64,000 nt of DNA. Origin: Pseudobdellovibrionaceae bacterium (lineage in GTDB: Bacteria; Bdellovibrionota; Bdellovibrionia; Bdellovibrionales; UBA1609). A program made the translations under genes and the position numbers. Below the pieces are notes generated by a model that worked only from the letters and a program-made list of their open reading frames with translations, had not been told where the DNA came from and ran no database searches. Each line of letters starts with the position of its first letter. Position 1 is the stretch's first letter. Below are positions 61,373 to 64,000 of this stretch, in pieces. The stretch lies in the NCBI GenBank assembly GCA_030591685.1, contig JAUVAX010000005.1, positions 31,106 through 95,105 on the forward strand. The letters run 5' to 3'.

Positions 61373-61631
61373 GTCCTTTTATGGCCTTGGGTACTATCCT
61401 GTTTACTTAGACCTTGATGTACCTCAACAAAGACTCGATCCACAGTGAAGTCGCCGTTATTACACCCAATAATAACTTTATTCCCTATGTCTACCTATGC
61501 AGGTACTGAATACAAAAGCACCAACTCAATCAGTATATTTCTCATGAAAACACCGCTAATTCACAATGTTAATTATATACAGCACATAGCATCTAGGAAA
61601 ATAAAATGTCAGGCTATCAATAATGAAGTGA

Positions 61632-63482
61632 TTACAGCGTATTTTTTTGATTGTACGAATCGATAATTTCTAAAAAAGAATGGCCATACTTATTAAGCTT
61701 ACTCTCACCCACCCCGTGCACCATTAACATATGTGTTCGGTCTTGGGGTAAAATATTACACATATCAGTTAATGTTTTGTCACTAAATATTAAATAAGGG
61801 GGGACTTTGCCCTCTTTAGCCAGTAGTAATCGATGAGCCCTTAAACTTTCAAAAAGCTCTGGGTGATCATGTGTCGTATTAAGTATTTTTTTATGCAATT
61901 TATTTTGAAGTTTTTTACCTTTTAAATCTCTATACGGCCTGAGCATAAGAAGCTCTTTGCCTAAAAGCAGATCCCTACTCTTTTCGGTAAGAACAAGGCT
62001 CTTAAACTCCCAGTCTTTTATTTTTACATAATTGAGGGTTAAAAGTTGCCTTAGAACACTACTCCAGTAGGTCTTAGGCCTCTGTTTACCAATGCCATAA
62101 ACGCTCAATTGTTCGTGCTTATTTGTTAGCACTTTGTTGTTCTGACTCCCACGAAGAACATCTATAACATGTGAGCCACCAAACATTTGCCCTGTCCTAA
62201 AAATTGTGGATAGGATTTTTTGTGCCTCAACGGTTGAGTCCACCAATTCTTGAGGTTCTAAACAAGCATCACAGTTCCCACAGGGGTCTTTTAAATGCTC
62301 ACCAAAGTAGCGCAGCAGTAAATGCCTGCGGCACTCAGTGGATTCACAAAGCGCTAACATCGCATCGAGTTTAAAACGAGCTATTTTTTTATACGACTCT
62401 TTGGCATCTGTTGTCTCTAGCATTCTTGATAGTTTTACCACATCTGACATACCATAAACCATCCATGCATTGGCTGGTGCTCCATCTCGACCCGCACGGC
62501 CGGTTTCTTGGTAATAACCCTCAATGCTTTTAGGTAAATCCAAATGGGCCACAAATTTTACATCCGGTCGATCAATGCCCATGCCAAAGGCAATCGTCGC
62601 TACAATAATAATAGCCTCTTGAGATTTAAAACGGTTTTGCACCTGGGTTCGTTTTTTAGTCGTCAATCCGGCATGATAAGGCAGGGCCGTATACCCAAGT
62701 TTCTGTAACTCATCAGCCACACGTTCAACTTTTTTTCGGGACAAACAGTAAACAATCCCAGTTTCACCTAAGTGGTTTTCAATAATAAAGTCATTGAGCT
62801 GTTTGATTTCATCAATACGCTCATAAATCATATATTTAATGTTTGGGCGATCAAAACCAGAAACATATATATTAGGGTCTTTAAGGCTTAGTTGATCGCA
62901 GATATCAAGCCTTGTACGATGATCCGCTGTAGCTGTTAGGGCCAGCATAGGCACCTCAGGGAAAACCTCTTTTAATTCATTGAGCCTTGTATAATCACCC
63001 CTGAACTCATGACCCCACTGGGATACACAATGAGCCTCGTCCACAGCAAAAAGTGAAATATTAAGCTCTTTTAAAAAACAAAGTGTATTTGTAGAAAGCA
63101 CCCCTTCAGGGGCCATATAAATTAAATTCACCTGACCCTCTTTAAGGCGCGCCTCTACAGCGCGGCGCTCATTAAAATCAAGAGTCGAGTTTAAAAATTC
63201 GGCCTCTATGCCGTACTGCTTTAAGTTAACAACCTGATCGTGCATTAATGAAATTAATGGGGATATAACAACCGTCACCCCTTCACTCAATAAAGCCGGC
63301 AATTGGTAACAAAGCGACTTGCCGCCGCCTGTGGGCATAATAACTAAAGTGTCTTTTTTATCTAAACAAGAGTGAATCACCTGTTCTTGATCAAGCCTCA
63401 AAGAGTCAAAACCAAAGACTGACTTGAGCGTTTTGCTGATCTGTTCTTCTCTCTTAATGGCTTCTGGTCTCAATTTCATCAC
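61632..63482 (-). CDS. recQ: ATP-dependent DNA helicase RecQ
   Basis: PTGGGKSLCYQ, DEAHCVSQWGH, QETGRAGRDG, Zn-binding cysteines, RQC and HRDC domains. Confidence 0.98.
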   Translation of the reverse strand: MMKLRPEAIKREEQISKTLKSVFGFDSLRLDQEQVIHSCLDKKDTLVIMPTGGGKSLCYQLPALLSEGVTVVISPLISLMHDQVVNLKQYGIEAEFLNSTLDFNERRAVEARLKEGQVNLIYMAPEGVLSTNTLCFLKELNISLFAVDEAHCVSQWGHEFRGDYTRLNELKEVFPEVPMLALTATADHRTRLDICDQLSLKDPNIYVSGFDRPNIKYMIYERIDEIKQLNDFIIENHLGETGIVYCLSRKKVERVADELQKLGYTALPYHAGLTTKKRTQVQNRFKSQEAIIIVATIAFGMGIDRPDVKFVAHLDLPKSIEGYYQETGRAGRDGAPANAWMVYGMSDVVKLSRMLETTDAKESYKKIARFKLDAMLALCESTECRRHLLLRYFGEHLKDPCGNCDACLEPQELVDSTVEAQKILSTIFRTGQMFGGSHVIDVLRGSQNNKVLTNKHEQLSVYGIGKQRPKTYWSSVLRQLLTLNYVKIKDWEFKSLVLTEKSRDLLLGKELLMLRPYRDLKGKKLQNKLHKKILNTTHDHPELFESLRAHRLLLAKEGKVPPYLIFSDKTLTDMCNILPQDRTHMLMVHGVGESKLNKYGHSFLEIIDSYNQKNTL

Positions 63483-63670
63483 ACAAGGCTACTATCATTT
63501 AAACACAAAACTTACCAGTTATTTGCTTTTACACCACTAAATGCCCGCTTCTAGTGCAATTCAGTGAATTAAACGGCTTAAAATGCCTAAATAGCCACAG
63601 GCATCGTAAAAAAAATAAACACGGATCCTTTAATAGAAAAACCCCAACTTAAAATTTAAATTACAGGGGT

Positions 63671-64000
63671 CTACCGTACCGGAATAAATAAAATACGATT
63701 CCCCTCAGAACCTCCACAAATAACAGAGTAGTAATAGCCTATTTCATTTTGAGTGGGGTTTAAGGAGCGACAGTTCTCTGGTATATCAATGGTTAAATTA
63801 ATGGCTGTTTTTATGCCCCCAAGTGCCCCTAAGTACCAAGAGTAAATATATGACGATGACACTTGTGTTGTGTCAACATACACCGCCGGCTGAGCGCTCA
63901 CACCATAAGAGCCCTTTAAAATCGGCACAAATAGCTCAGTCAAGGCATAGCCCCGTAAAAAACTAAAACGATTTATTGGCTTTCGGTTCATAGTGATTTT
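63671..64000 (-). CDS. Hypothetical protein, probably the C-terminal part of a gene starting beyond the window
   Basis: Frame is open from 64000 through ATG 63991 to the stop at 63671; no recognised motif. Confidence 0.55.
   Translation of the reverse strand, partial: KITMNRKPINRFSFLRGYALTELFVPILKGSYGVSAQPAVYVDTTQVSSSYIYSWYLGALGGIKTAINLTIDIPENCRSLNPTQNEIGYYYSVICGGSEGNRILFIPVR

Noticed and set aside
61445-61666. 73-aa ORF with a signal-peptide-like patch (IITLFPMSTYA)
   Set aside because: No SD and it overlaps the recQ 3' end; it could be a gene remnant but is unsupported.
1-64000. CRISPR arrays, tRNA/rRNA, IS elements, defence systems, stop-codon recoding
   Set aside because: I saw no repeat-spacer arrays, cloverleafs or transposase motifs by eye, and conserved genes are full length under the standard code.

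Overview
This is a gene-dense, AT-rich stretch of core chromosome, most likely from a Bdellovibrionota (Bdellovibrio-like) bacterium. That call is inferred from gene content: three tandem lepB after lepA, a one-locus Agl/Glt cluster, an FHA-sigma54 activator, an FQNC lipoprotein and sigma28-like boxes. In order it contains: the 3' end of a Xer recombinase, gmhB, a Phe/Tyr catabolic module (LysR, hppD, phhA, VOC enzyme), a FecR protein plus TPR/beta-barrel pair, recO-mgtE, pyrB-carA-carB, metK-lepA-lepB x3, hpf, HD-GYP-like and Hpt-like genes, rpoN-lptB-lptC/A fusion, a nine-gene Agl/Glt TonB/Tol-like envelope machine inside the kdsB-pyrG-kdsD...lpt region, yihA, fliL-like, polA, eno, an orphan CpaF operon, a DEAD-box helicase, an esterase and recQ. 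I saw no rRNA, tRNA, CRISPR array or transposase. The most notable oddities are several apparent pseudoenzymes (Ser-to-Ala signal peptidase, degenerate IscS-like protein, His-less Hpt), an LptC-LptA fusion, a SLAM-like barrel beside a FecR protein, two probable non-canonical start codons and a recurring leaderless-promoter signature. All calls come from motif recognition by eye; no database searches were run.
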